Counted from the stretch's first letter, positions 25,165-37,999 are shown. The stretch is DNA of 64,000 nt from Camelus ferus (GCF_009834535.1 NC_045697.1:80664001-80728000); one strand, 5' to 3'. The notes: generated from the letters alone by a model not told the origin. Translations and numbers: made by a program.

Positions 25165-26099
25165 ATAGAAAAGAAGCAGGATGCTACAAAAATGAGAAAC
25201 TCATAACTGGAAAGGAGATAACTGCCATGAATTACAAAAAGAATAAACACAAAATTGTGAAAGAAGACATCTAAATCATTAAGAGTGGGAGAGGGAAGCA
25301 AGGAAAGCCACTGTGGAAAACAGTATGGAGATTCCTCAAAAGACCAGGAATAGACTTACCATAGGACCCAGGAATCCTGCTCCTGGGCATATATCCAGAA
25401 GGAGCCCTACTTCAAAATGACACCTGCACCCCAATGTTCATAGCAGCACTATTTCCAATAGCCAAGACATGGAAGCATCCTAGATATCCATCAACAGATG
25501 ACTGAGTAAAGAAGTGGTGGTATATTTATACGATGGAATACTATTCAGCCACAAAACCCAGCAACGTAACGCTATTTGCAGCAGCATGGATTTTCCTGGA
25601 GAATGTCATTCTAAGTGAAGTAAGCTAAAAAGGGAAAGAAAAATACCATATGAGATCGCTTATATGAGGAATCTAAAAAAAAAAACCAAAAACATAAATA
25701 CAAAACAGAAACAGACTCATAGGCATAGAATACAAACTTGTGGTTGCCAAGGGGGCAGGGGGTGGGTAGGGACAGACTGGGATTTTAAAATGCAGAATAG
25801 ATAAACAAGATTATACTCTATAGTACAGGGCAAAATATACTAGATCTTGTGGTAGCTCTTAGCAAAACAAAAAATGTGACAATGAATGTATATATGTTCA
25901 TGTATGACTGAAAAATTGTGCTCTACACTAGAATTTGACACAACATTGTAAAATAACTATTACTCAATAAAAAAATGTAAAAAAAAAATAAAGAATTTAA
26001 AATGCACACACAAGTGGACACTTTTTGCCCGCTAAAATAAATACAATGATACAACTGGGAAAAAAAGAAAAAAGAAAAAGAAATGGATAATGAGACCAT

Positions 26100-26990
26100 G
26101 TAACTTGAAGTTATTGTCTAAAAGTTGTTAATATTATTATAAAAGAATGCAGCTGCCAAATAGTTCTTAAAAGGACAGGTAAACAGTGTAGAGTAATAAT
26201 AAAATCTAGAGCTAAGTTCTTGGATCATTCCAACAACAACAACAACAACAACAAAAACAAAAAGAAGTATGAGGGAGGCATTTGGGGAATAGAATAAAAT
26301 TTTTACCTTAAAATGGGACAGTGAGTCATTATTGCTTCTCTATTGATAATAATAGAGAAATACATGCTCACATTTACAGAGATACGAAAATAGTTATTGA
26401 CAGAATTAAAAACAAGGTATAGAACATCTAAGTCATTAAAGAAAAAGCTTCAGCTAAGAAACCATGTTCAATACATGAAGATAAAAATAAAAAAAGAAAC
26501 ATTAAAACTGCTAAGGAAATATAAAATAAAATCACAAATAAGCAAACTTGTACATTTTACAATAAATATGATTGAGTTCAAATTCTTATTAAAAGAAATG
26601 TAAATTACTTCAGTGATATGTAAAATATTTAACTAAAAAATGTTAAAATGAATATTGTAAATATCACCCAGTCATTGAAAGCACAAAGAAATCAAGGACA
26701 GCAATAATAGTAATAGATTGTATAATAATTCAAGGCAAACAGAGTTAAAAATGTCAATGAAAATTGTACATATTCGAAGGTATAACCTACAACAAAAATG
26801 TAGTTATCACAAATATTCATGTTTCAGATAACATAGTTCCATAACGTGTAAATCAAAAACTGTTAAAAGTACAAAAAAGTAAAAGAGGGAAAGAAGTTAC
26901 AAGCAAATAAAGTAGGAGATTTTTAACCTGAATGTTTTTCAAGTCAAGTAATCAATGTATGTAATTTGATTAATGCCACAAATTAAGTTT
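26100..26990 (+). mobile_element. Ancient L1M inter-ORF / ORF2 endonuclease remnant; likely host of the young L1 (upstream part ~22750-22920)
   Basis: A-rich, decayed EN-region motifs: acaataaatatgattgagttcaaattc, cacaaatattcatgtttcagataacatag, agtaggagatttttaac. Confidence 0.55.
26231..26256. repeat. (CAA)n microsatellite
   Basis: Directly visible CAA run. Confidence 0.9.
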
Positions 26991-28876
26991 ATATTTAAAT
27001 TATTCTTCCCTAAATTCCTCTTTAGCTACTAGTCACTCTCTTTTTCAACATGTTCCGTACACATCCTATGAAGTTCTTTTTTTTAGGCCTCTGGACCTCT
27101 TTACCATTATAATTCAGGGTTTTATATGGGCTTCTGTACTTGTCCAGTGTTTTCACATTCATTATCTAAAACTATCTTTAAATATGTGAAAAGCCAGTAA
27201 ACTAAGATGCACTGGTTATTACTATGGTTCATGCTCCTAAAAGACTGGGAGAGGAAAGGTGGGCTAGAAGTAAATATATAAAGCAAATGTATTTTCTAGA
27301 TACATAGGTTCTTAGTTGTAATTTGTAGTGGGTATAATATAAACCAACTGGTTTTGGACATGAAGTAATTTACTTCTGTAAAAATTTTGGGTGCTGTTCT
27401 GGGTGATCGGTGGTGACTATAAAATGGTATTCACTATAGCAAAATAAATATAGTTGTGATCACTTTTAAAATACAGTATTTCATCTATTTTCAGCTTCCA
27501 TTTGTATTGGGGGTGGATTTTCTTTTATGATAAATATTTTAACATCTCTTTCCGAAGATCTTTGGCATTTGAATGCTGAACCAGTATAAAAATATCAACC
27601 ACAGTCAGACCAGACACAGAGGACTTGGATTGAGTTGTCTGTTTAAGGAAACTAGAACAGGATACATACTGTCAGGACAGCTGAATGAGTTAGGAGTGCT
27701 GTGTGACAAGCAGAGAAAGAAGCAGATGAGCTCAGAATGCTCGAAGCTTAAAAATGCCCTGAGTCCTACGTGAGAAGTGGCTAAATCCTGATATCAAAAT
27801 TGCATTTTTACATTCTTTATAGTTACTTTATGTATAACCACAGATAGTAAATTATATGTAATACTTGATATAGAGTGTAGGTTCAGTCAAAATTAAAGCA
27901 TTTGTTTTTTAGGAGGCAAAATAAACTGGGAGGCTCCTCCCTGCCAAATAGGGCAGCAGTTCCACTGCCAAGAGTGAGGAAAACCTTGGTTAATAGAATT
28001 CCTTAAAGAACAGTCTTACTGAGGCTTTTTGTTAAAGAGGTTTTCATTTTCTGTCTCATTTCTTAAACAAAGACAATAAAGAAGTTTCCAAGTCCAGTTA
28101 TTTCAATATTTGAGAAAAACTAATGAGATAGTAATGTTTGTGGAGGAGCATAATCTCTCCTATGTAGAAACTGCCTTCTTGTTGGGCTTGGCATTAAAGG
28201 GAGTGAAATCTTTTCCTCCAGGCTTCTGAAAGCTCAATTCACCCATCCTCCCTGACTGGAGCTGTCACACTGAGAATATTCTTCAGAAAGGTATATTCTT
28301 CAAGGTCTTGACTGGAAACTCAGAGCAAAAGAAATCAAAGCAAAGTTTTAAGTCCCAGTTTAGTATTTCTCACAGTGTTGAAAAAGAACTGGCTTTAGAA
28401 TAATTTTAGAAAATGCTAAAGCAAATGGTCATTTGTCATGTACCAGGATAGGCAGTACATGCTACTGCATAGCTCTAGGCTCCATCACAGTCATATCTTT
28501 GGAGAATTTCAAGTTTATAGCATTTAACTGGGGTAGTTTCTTCACTTGTGGAAAGTTGTTAATTTTTCTCATGAATAAAAGCATGGTACTTAGAATAAAA
28601 ATTGTTTTTCATTCTGAAAAAAAAAACATGATTTACTTGATAGACCAGGTAAAAGCTATATGATACCTATACAGATACCGTCTAGTTTAAATATGGTATA
28701 CCCATACTGTGTGATAGTAAAAGAATGACAGGAAAGATGTGCTTATATGAGAAATAAATTATAATTTAACTTGATATAAAATACTTGATTTTGTAAGAAA
28801 AAGTGTGAAATTATATTTATTAATACAATGAACTTGTATTTTAAAATCATTAGCTTCATTTTTTCTTCACAAATAC

Positions 28877-29688
28877 TTTTTTATTTTTTTTAATTCTTTT
28901 ATTGACGTATAGTCAGTTTACAATATTGTGTTAATTTCTGGTGTACAGCATAGTGACTCAGTTATATATTTATTCCTTTTCATATTTTTTTTCATTATAG
29001 GCTATTACAAAGTATTGAATATAGTTCCCTGTGCTATATAGTAGGACTTTGCTGTTTATCTATTTTATATATAGTAGTTAGTATCTGCAAATCCAAGACT
29101 CCTAATTTATCCCTCCACACCCCCCTCTTTACTCCCTGTTAACCACAAATTTGTTTTCTATGTCTGTAAGTCTATTTCTGTTTTGTAAATAAGTTTATTT
29201 GTTTCATTTTTTTAAGATTCCATATATAAGTGATACCATATGGTATTTTTCTTTCTCTTTCTGGCTTACTTCACTTAGTATGACAATCTTCAGAGCCATC
29301 CATGTTGCTGCAAATGTCATTATTTTATTCTTTGTTGTATTGTGTTGTACCATTAAAGTGTTGTACCTTTAAAGGTCAGAGCCTTGAGAATGGGCTATCC
29401 TGTATATTTCAGGCTCTAGGCAATATTCTTTTACAAAAGGTGCAGAACCAGCATGACTAAGCACAGGAAACAGAGCACAGGCTTAGAGCCAAAGGAACAG
29501 ATCTAATGTGGAGTCAGGTTTGTCCTTCCCTATTACATATTCTGGAAATTAAGCCTTTGTCAGTTGCATTGTTTGCAGATATTTTCTCCTATTCCATAGG
29601 TTGTCTTTTTGTTTTGTTTATAGTTTCCTTTGTTGTGCAAATCCTTAGAAGTTTAATTAGGTCCCATTTGTTTATTTTTGCTTTTATC
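28877..29688 (-). mobile_element. 5'-truncated cetartiodactyl-type L1 3' end, interrupted by an LTR fragment
   Basis: T-tail then tttattgacgtatagtcagtttacaat...ttaggtcccatttgtttatttttgc. TSD cacaaatac at 28868 / 29689. Confidence 0.85.
29340..29537 (-). mobile_element. MER41-like ERV1 LTR, 5' ~200 bp only
   Basis: Minus strand reads tgtaatagggaaggacaaacctgactccacattagatctg...gaaatatacaggatagcccattctcaaggctctgacctttaaagg, resembling artiodactyl MER41-type LTRs. Confidence 0.7.
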
Positions 29689-29712
29689 CACAAATACATT
29701 TGAGGGAGGGGC

Positions 29713-30003
29713 TTTTTTATTGAAGTACAGTTTACAATGTTGCATCAGTTTCTGGTGTACAGAATAATGTTTCAGTCATACATATACATACATATATTCG
29801 TTTTCATATTCTTTTTCATTATAGGTTACTACAAGATACTGAATATACTTCCCTGTGCTGTGCAGTATAAACATGTTGTTCATTTCATGTATAGTAGTTA
29901 TTATCTGTGAATCTTGAACTCCTGATTTATCCCTTTCTACCCCTTTACCCCCAGTAACCATTTCTATGTCTGTGAGTCTGTTTCTGTTTTGTAAATAGGT
30001 TCA
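29713..30003 (-). mobile_element. Short 5'-truncated L1 3' UTR (camelid-like)
   Basis: ttttttattgaagtacagtttacaatgttg...ggttactacaagatactgaatat. TSD cacaaatacattt (29689) / cacaagtacattt (30004). Confidence 0.85.
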
Positions 30004-31349
30004 CACAAGTACATTTTTAATGAAAGGAAAAAACAATAAGTGAATTTGTAATTAAGAAGGATATTCAAGTATACTTTTGCTTGAACTTGTGTGTTTCACT
30101 ACTTAAATACAATGAAAAGTAATTGTTGGTATTTGTGTCTAGTTATCTTGGCATTCTCTAATTACTCTTTTCCGATTCCAGTATCAAATAAAAGAAAGCT
30201 TTGCATATATTTTTTATTGTGATATTTTCAAAATTATCAGTTATTTCTTGTATTAATTCCTCTGTTAGATTGAAACCATCTTAAATATAACTAACATAGC
30301 ATACCTCCCTTACAGTTTAGAAAGTGGCATTTACACTGACAAATCTCTAAACTGCCACATATTAAGTTTAATGTGGCCATCAGTAACTGTTCCATGGTGT
30401 AACCATTTTCTAATATGTACTTTACTAGCATGCCATAATAAATAAAACCCAGAGGACTAAAAGGAATTTATGGTGAAATAGCATGAAATTAACTTGATAA
30501 GGCTTTCCATTCATCTTTAATAATTTTTTTTTCATTTTAAACACTGGTGACCCTGTTTCAACAGTGTGGCAATAAGAGAAGTGTTTTTTTACTATGGTTA
30601 AATAATGTCCTGATATTGTAGGTTCTTCTGAGAAACTTTACACATCTGTGCCTGACTGCGTTTAATGTGCTCTGAAAATGTGGAAAAAATACCTTCCTTG
30701 TATTATTGACTACAACTTACTTATTTCAAGTTGACTATTACATAGAACTTTTAAATATTTATTTTTTTCCTTTAAAGAAAAATGCTGAGATTAGAGAGAA
30801 ATAAATATCTTTAAGAATTTTCCTCATCTGGTTTCAAAAAGAGCTTGAGAAGTTTAGTTCTAATGCTTTTAAAACTTTACCGTAAAGAAAATGTTTAAAG
30901 GAATAATTCCATTCTCAAAGTAAATACCCATGTATTTGGGAAACTGTTAATATGGCACATATAACCTTGTATAAATAAGGGACAGTCTTTTTCCAAATGA
31001 TGCACCTTATTTTCATAATCATTCTAACTGGAGTTCAGAATCAGGGTTTAATTCAGAGAGAGGAAATGGAAAATTATCAGGGGTGAGATAATTTGTAGAC
31101 ACTCCCTAAATACTACATAATAAAAGTGAAACTTATGAATGTATTATTTAGTTTTGTGAAATATTTTAATTTATAGTTTTCTGTATTCACTTCTCCTTCC
31201 TAACTGCAAAAACCTTAAAAGCAAATGATTAAGAACTACAAAAAAATACTGCAATCTGAGAAGGAACTCAGAAAACTGAGAGACACAGAAATTTTAGTAC
31301 TACATTTAAGTAGATTTGGGAGGGCAAGGAGAATGAAAAGAAAATCAGC

Positions 31350-32330
31350 CAAAAATAAAATCTTGGAAAGGCACAGATTTTCAAAGTCACCAATTTTGCA
31401 CCACCCATAAATATCCTTTATCATTTTGTCATATTTCCTTTCAGTAGAAATACACGTATCAATAGAATACAGCCTCGCACAGTACAGTATAACATCATGA
31501 GGCATATATATTTGTTTTTTGAGCAAATAAAATATTGACTTTCTCCAATATCAACAAATATTATATTTTAATATTCTAATTTTTATAATATTATAACAAC
31601 ATAATTAATCCTCTAATGCAGTTATTTGAATTGTTTTGGAATTGTAAATAATTTCAGTATAGATTTTGCCCACTTTTCTGATCATTTTTGTTGGATTAAT
31701 TTGTAGGAAAAGAATTACTAGGTTAAAAGGTATAAATACTTTAAAGTTAAAAAAAAAATCCCTTGTCAAGTTGTTTGATGAAAATGTTTAAACAGTATCC
31801 TCTTCCACAGCCCCAGTGTAGTGTGTAAAGTGCCCATTTCCTTAAACTTTGTTAGTTTGACACATGGAAAATATCTCATCTAATGCATTTATTATTATTA
31901 AATACATTTATTGACTAGTGGTATTTCTTTTTATGAATTATATATTAACTACCATTTCCTTTTTTGTATTAGTACATTCAGCATTTTATATTGATTTTAT
32001 GATTGCTTATTTATAAAATATACTAAGGTTTGTAAAATTAATATTTTCAGTTTGTCTTTTACTTTTTATTTGTGGTCATTTTTGAGGTACTGATGCTTCA
32101 ATTTTAATGTGGTCAAGTCTATAAAATTTCCTTTTAATGGTCTCTGACATTATTTTGTCTTAAAAGTTCTTTTTCATCCCAATAATGTATATATTCACCT
32201 ATATTTTCTTTCAGTTCTTTGGTTTCTTCATAAAGCTCTTTATTCTACACATGTTCTAACTGGAAATAACAAATGGATCAATGTATAAATCTCTGTTCTT
32301 TAGATTCCGAATCAGCCATATTTTTTAAAT
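31350..32330 (-). mobile_element. Ancient L1ME-type 3' region
   Basis: T-rich decayed antisense L1 motifs: agaattactaggttaaaaggtata, ttttaatgtggtcaagtcta. Confidence 0.6.
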
Positions 32331-32703
32331 TATATCTCATGATGACTAATTTGGTGAAGGATAATAACTTCATTTGCTTTATACTCCTAGAATTTCTATT
32401 AATATCAGCATATTAATGGAAAAGGCAGTCTTATCCACCCTTCATAAAAATAATATTAGCTGATGATTTATATAAATAAACTTGATAAAGAGATACATAA
32501 CAAATTTTGTTTTTACTCTGCTTCATTATTAATGCTAAATATCTCATGAAGTCCTAACACCCATGATGTCTACATATCTTTCTGAAATTCATACATAGTC
32601 AGTAGGATTGAAACATAGATGATTTAGGAGGTAGGTTGAGCTCTGATGCTCTAGAAGTCAGAAGTTCTGTGTTCTCAACTCCCCTCAAGGTCAGGTTCAT
32701 TTT

Positions 32704-33571
32704 ACTTTCTTTTTCTGTTGATTCATTGTTAGTGTAAAGAAATGCAACTGAGTTTTGAACGTTAATCTTGTCACCTGCTACCTTGCTGAATTCTTCGATC
32801 AGCTCTAGTAGTTTTTGTGTGGATCTTTTAGGGTTTTCTATATATAGTAACATGTCATCAGCATATAGTGACACTTTTACCTCTTCTTTTCCAATTTGGA
32901 TACCTTTTGTTTCTCTTTCTTGCCTAATTGCTGTGGCTAGGACTTCCAAGACTATGTTGAATAGGAGTGGTGATAGTGGGCAGCCTTGTCTTGTCCCAGA
33001 TTTTAGTGGGAAGCTTTTGAGTTTTTCACTGTTGAGTACTATCCTGGCTGTAGGTTTGTCATATATAGCTTTTATTATGTTGAGATATGTTCCCTGTATA
33101 CCCACTTTGGTTAGAGTTTTTATCATAAATGGGTGTTGAATTTTATCAGATGCTTTTTCTGCATCTATTGAGATGATCATGTGGTTTTGTCCTTTCTCTT
33201 GTTGATGTGATATAGTACATTGATTGATTTGCATATGTTGAACCACCCTTGTGTCCCTGGGATGAACCCCACTTGGTCATGATGTATAATCTTTTTTATG
33301 TGCTGTTGGATTCTATTTGCTAATATTTTGGTAAGGATTTTTGCATCTATGTTCATCAGTGATATTGGCCTATAATTCTCTTTTTTGGTAGTGTCTTTGC
33401 CTGGCTTTGGTATCAGGGTGATGGTGGCTTCATAGAATGAGTTTGGGAGTATTCCCTCCTTCTCAATCTTCTGAAAGAGTTTGAGAAGGACTGGTATGAG
33501 TTCTTCTTTGTATGTTTGGTAGAATTCCCTGGTGAAGCCATCCGGTCCTGGACTCTTATTTGTAGGGAGGT
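32704..33571 (-). mobile_element. Young L1 ORF2 internal (RT domain) fragment with TSD and no tail
   Basis: Encodes [55 protein letters not shown] and SLYADDM, with one frameshift near 33185. Flanked by tcaggttcatttt(a) at 32691 and 33572. Confidence 0.92.
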
Positions 33572-33779
33572 TCAGGTTCATTTTAATTCTTTGACCTTCA
33601 CTGACTTGCTTTCTTATTATAATGCATTTTTCAGAAAGAATATTGTTCAAGCTTTTTGTGACAGCATGCATCTTCCATGCTTTTCCACTGCCACCATCCT
33701 GGGTCCTTTTCACCTTTACATATTGGTAGAATGGGTTTTACAACTGTCTAAGGAACAATTCATAATCTAGTTGCCTCTT

Positions 33780-34382
33780 TGAGCGCAGTATCGGCCATGG
33801 TCCAAGGGAGAAACCGAAATGACATAATACAAATTTAACAGAGAATTTTGTATGAATTGTTAATGAGGTATAAAGTTGTTGGTTAGGTAATTGAAAGGGT
33901 AAAAAAGAACTATAAGCTCTCATGGAGGTAGCAATTTCAAGAAACACCCTTAGGGAGGAGACCGGAATTACTAAAACTTAAGAAACTTGGGAACCAAGCC
34001 ATGGAAGAGGAAACTAGCCAGCAGAGGGTAGTGCCTCTGAGAAGCAGCAGCACATGATGAACTTGTACAGGTTATGGAAGAACTGAAACCTGGATTCAGT
34101 ATTTTCTATGGGAAGGAACTACCCTTGCTGGGGTGAAAAAGAATGGCTAGAATGATAGTCACAGAGCAAGAGGAGGCCAGGATGTCCACAGGAAGCAATC
34201 AGGAAGATGAAAGTACCTTATCTCTCCTCCAGGCACCCAGTTTTCTTTAGTGCCCCCTATTGGTAGATTCTAACATGGATCCAACTGGCAAATGTGGGTT
34301 GTAATCTCAGATTCAATATTAGAATGCAGAGAGGAGAAAGGTGGGTTTGGAGTTGAACGGTTACTAGTTAGCAGTTGGCACA
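33780..34382 (-). mobile_element. Ancient LTR (LTR78/79-like)
   Basis: gtgccccctattggtagattctaac...ggtttggagttga...agttggcaca terminus. Confidence 0.55.
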
Positions 34383-35964
34383 GGGGATCTCCCCTCCACC
34401 ATTCACTATGCCTTTTTTCATTCACTCCTTGATACTTTTAGAGTTCTTAACACTAACCTCTTCCATTTCCATCCATACTCACATACTACTCCCATCCCCT
34501 GCTTTGCAGAAACCCTTATCACAGAGGTCTACTTATTATTTTTGGCTACTTCTTTGTGATTTTTCTGTTAAAATATTTCATAACCAGCTGTTTTACTATA
34601 TAGAAAAGCCAATTTTATCCCCAGTATGGACTTACGGTTGACTACTTTCTTAATGGTTCTTAGGTGGATTACCAGGGGGATACACCTGATACTATAGAAT
34701 AGTGTATTGAGTAATGCAGTAGGGCAGTGAGTAAAATAACTGTTGGGAATCTCCTGGTGTTAATTGTCTAGACAAAGTTTCTGCTTCTGCACAAATAAAA
34801 ATGTGGATCAAGCAAAGGTATGTACATTATTTTCTCACTGTGCTAGAATATATATTTGCTCTGTCTACAGAGTTCTAGCTAGAGAAAAAAGACACCAGAA
34901 TATGAAATGGTTGATATCCCCAGAGGATAATGGTGTGTAGGTGGAACAGAAAGTCTGTCATGAAAAAATTTCAAGCCCTGTGCAAAGAAAATAAGCAGAG
35001 CCATTCAACCAAAGCTGAACCCATAAACTGCAATAAAATGATAAAATGTAACAAAGCTGTAGCAATTATCATATCAATTTACCCATATACTTTTCTAATC
35101 CTTTTCACACATCATTCCAGCAAAATACCCAGATGTAGTAATTACAGGAAATTTCCAAGTCTTTTGGCGAAAACTCAGAAGGCTTTGGCCCATTCAAAGT
35201 CTTACTGCATTAGCAGAAGCTGTATAAATGGGCCATTCTGTAGTTAGAAGGCAAGACCTATTGGCTTTGGTTCAGTTTTTAAGTGACTCGAAGGGAAATT
35301 TCTTACTGAATTTAATTGACTATGAATTACTATTTCTGTTTAACCAGAGCACATTATTTTTGTAAAATACAACGCTTAAAGTATATAACTAACCATTATC
35401 TAACTGTGAAGTGGGAATTGATACACTTGCTTAACGTGGTGATAAAATCAGTCACTTTTCAGTTGAGTATTTCAATTTTGTGAAAAAATGGAATTTTTGA
35501 AATTATATTTTATGAAACTATTTTGTTACTCAGAAAATAAGTAACATCATGCCACTAGTATTTTAAAATTTTTACAAATATCAGAATTCAACTGTTAGTT
35601 AATTGGCACCTAACAGTCTATAACTAAATTAGGTCTGGATGCTTAGTGTTTTGGCAGAAAATAGAAAGAAAACCATACTTTATATGAAAACTACTTCATA
35701 TAAAGCAAAATTTACACAAGTATTATTTGACCTTGTACTGCTATCATAGAGCTCTTTAAAATATAAAGTCCTATATAGGTAAAGCAACTTTGTTTTTGGT
35801 TTTGAGGAGGAATCTGAGAAAAGGAGTTAAAATATGCATTTATTTTCATATTATAATCAACACCATCAATAGCATTAAAGATCCACTGAGAACACAGCAC
35901 TAAAGTGGATCCACTTATAATGGATGTAAACTTGAGATAGTTATATATATTAATGTAATGGCTT

Positions 35965-36480
35965 GGATATCAGTTGGTGATTAATTGGGAAACACTAAGT
36001 ATTTGAAGCAGAAGAAGTTGAATGAAGGTAATTGGTTACATATATGATACAAGAATTAAGACACTATCAGGTTGGCAAGGTAATTCAGAATTTAACAATT
36101 GTAGGAAGCCACCATCTCTAGGCTGGAGGGAGAAAGAGTTGAGATAGTTTTATCAAAGCTCAGAGCACAGGGTTATCTGTGAGAAGGCAGTCATAATGGG
36201 CCTATCAATTGGAGTTGGAGAGAGAGAAAAAACGAATTGGGAATGCCACCGGGGGACCAGGAAGGAATATGGCTGACTGCTGCTCTCTTTCTTCCCTCTT
36301 TCCAAAGACCCACCAGCACTTCCCTGAGTCAGAACCAGCCAGAAGCCAAGAGACATGGAAGCCTGGTGGGACTCAATTCCTCCCACCCCTACCTTCCCCT
36401 TATGACACAAAGGCAAGCAAGGAAAGCAGCAAGGAAAGGATCTCAGTGCAAACAGAATCAGGAAGGACCAAGATTATAAA
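35965..36480 (-). mobile_element. Ancient LTR (LTR79-like)
   Basis: gtaggaagccaccatctctaggctggaggga...ccagccagaagccaagagacatggaagcctgg. Confidence 0.5.
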
Positions 36481-37199
36481 GTAAATCATATAACTTATGA
36501 GCCAAAGACAAACATTTCATGCATCCCTCCTATATTAACTCTTTATTGGTACTTGAACATTCAGAATATGGTAATAAAATTCTAGGAAATCTGATTTTTT
36601 TCCTATAGATTCCTGAAATTTAAAAAAGAGAGTAAACATACATTTTACAAACTATGTAGAGAAAAAACTATAAATTTTATCTTCCATAAAATTTTATAAT
36701 ACTATTTGAACCTTATAATGGAAATGTGATTTATTTTTCTTGGTTGAAGAAAGAAAAAAGCTCCTAAAATAAAAGGACAAGGGAAGGTCAAAGGAGCGAG
36801 AATAGACCTACGTTTTTACACTGCATTAAAAAGAAACTGTGAGGGAGGTCATAGCTCTACTGTAGAATCCAGCAGGGTGATGCAGCTCCACTTTGATCTA
36901 GCTATTATAACCAGCAAGGAGGGCAGGCACAGTCACATCTCACACTTGTCAGAGGAGACTGGACAGCCAAGAAGTTGGAAACCAAAGTTAAAAATTAGTG
37001 CTACGGTTTCACTAAAAAGAGGAATGTGCTTATAGAGACTGAGTTGCCCTTCAAAGACTCTGATTTCTTCCTGAAGTTCCCAGACTCACTGAACTGGGGA
37101 AGTGAAATTTTATCAACCAGCCTCCAATTGACTGCTTCATATCTGAGAATAGGGTTCTAATAACAACCAGGTGGTCAGTGAATGGTTCTAAGAACCCTC

Positions 37200-37930
37200 T
37201 GTCCTGTTTATGGCCGACATCTGGCTTGGATAAATTTCTATTCTAGGATGAGTCAACAGAGGAAAAAAATACCCCAACAAACTGAGGTCTATGGAAATAC
37301 TTTTCAATGTTAAAAGGAATATAATTTAGAAGATGTGGAAAAAATATGCTTGGAAAAGATTTACTATAGGAAAATTGAAATACATTTTAAAAACTCTCTG
37401 CATAGAGCTAGAAAAAAATTCAAGGAATCAGACTTTATGAAAAGAGCAAGGAACTATTCATTTAATATAAAAGATGGAGATATGAAAGGAAGCTGGGGGA
37501 GATAAGAAAATACTGGAATTTTTAGTAAGAAACTAAAAATAGCAGAATTGAAATCTGCACTCAACACTGAAAAATAGAATAAATATTACATAAAATTAAA
37601 TCAGTGATATAATAAACAAATTGATATATGTCCTGAAGTAAAATGTAATATAATAGAAGAAAGACAATAAGGAGATTATTATGGATAAAGAAGATTAACT
37701 TAGTGAACTAATGTGAGAAGAAAATTGTGCTTCTGAATGAGAAAACAAAACAAATGGACAAAGTCAGCAGTGAAAATACAGTAAAAGGAATATATTCTTA
37801 AATAAAGAATAACTAAATGTGATTTAAAATTTTTTCCTTATTTACCAGGAAAATTAATGAAAAAATACCTTAGACATATCGTGGTAAATTTTTATTTCAA
37901 GAGTATGAAATAATTTGTCAAGCACTCAAG
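37200..37930 (+). mobile_element. Ancient HAL1/L1ME ORF1 remnant
   Basis: A-rich ORF1-like sequence: ccaggaaaattaatgaaaaaataccttagacatatcgtggtaaattt (PRHI.VK-like). Confidence 0.55.
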
Positions 37931-37999
37931 AAATCTGGATGCAAGAATTTAGCTTTGATATAGTCTTTGTCTTTATAATAATGTCTCTTATTGAGCCTC

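Larger units (their letters stand above)
22936..26075 (+). mobile_element. Young lineage-specific (camelid-like) L1 lacking nearly all of ORF2 (HAL1-like), with 3' transduction
   Basis: 5' end gagaagcaagatggtgg, GC-rich 5' UTR and a full-length disrupted ORF1. Jumps at 25307/25308 to ORF2 C-terminus PLWKTVWRFLK. Then 3' UTR, AATAAA and poly(A) at ~25966-25988, and a second tail at 26060-26075. TSD aaaagaaatgg at 22925-22935 / 26076-26086. Confidence 0.9.

Noticed and set aside
32599..33713. Two long ORFs as a domesticated reverse transcriptase gene
   Set aside because: They are frameshifted halves of a young L1 fragment running into flanking DNA, with no authentic start or promoter.
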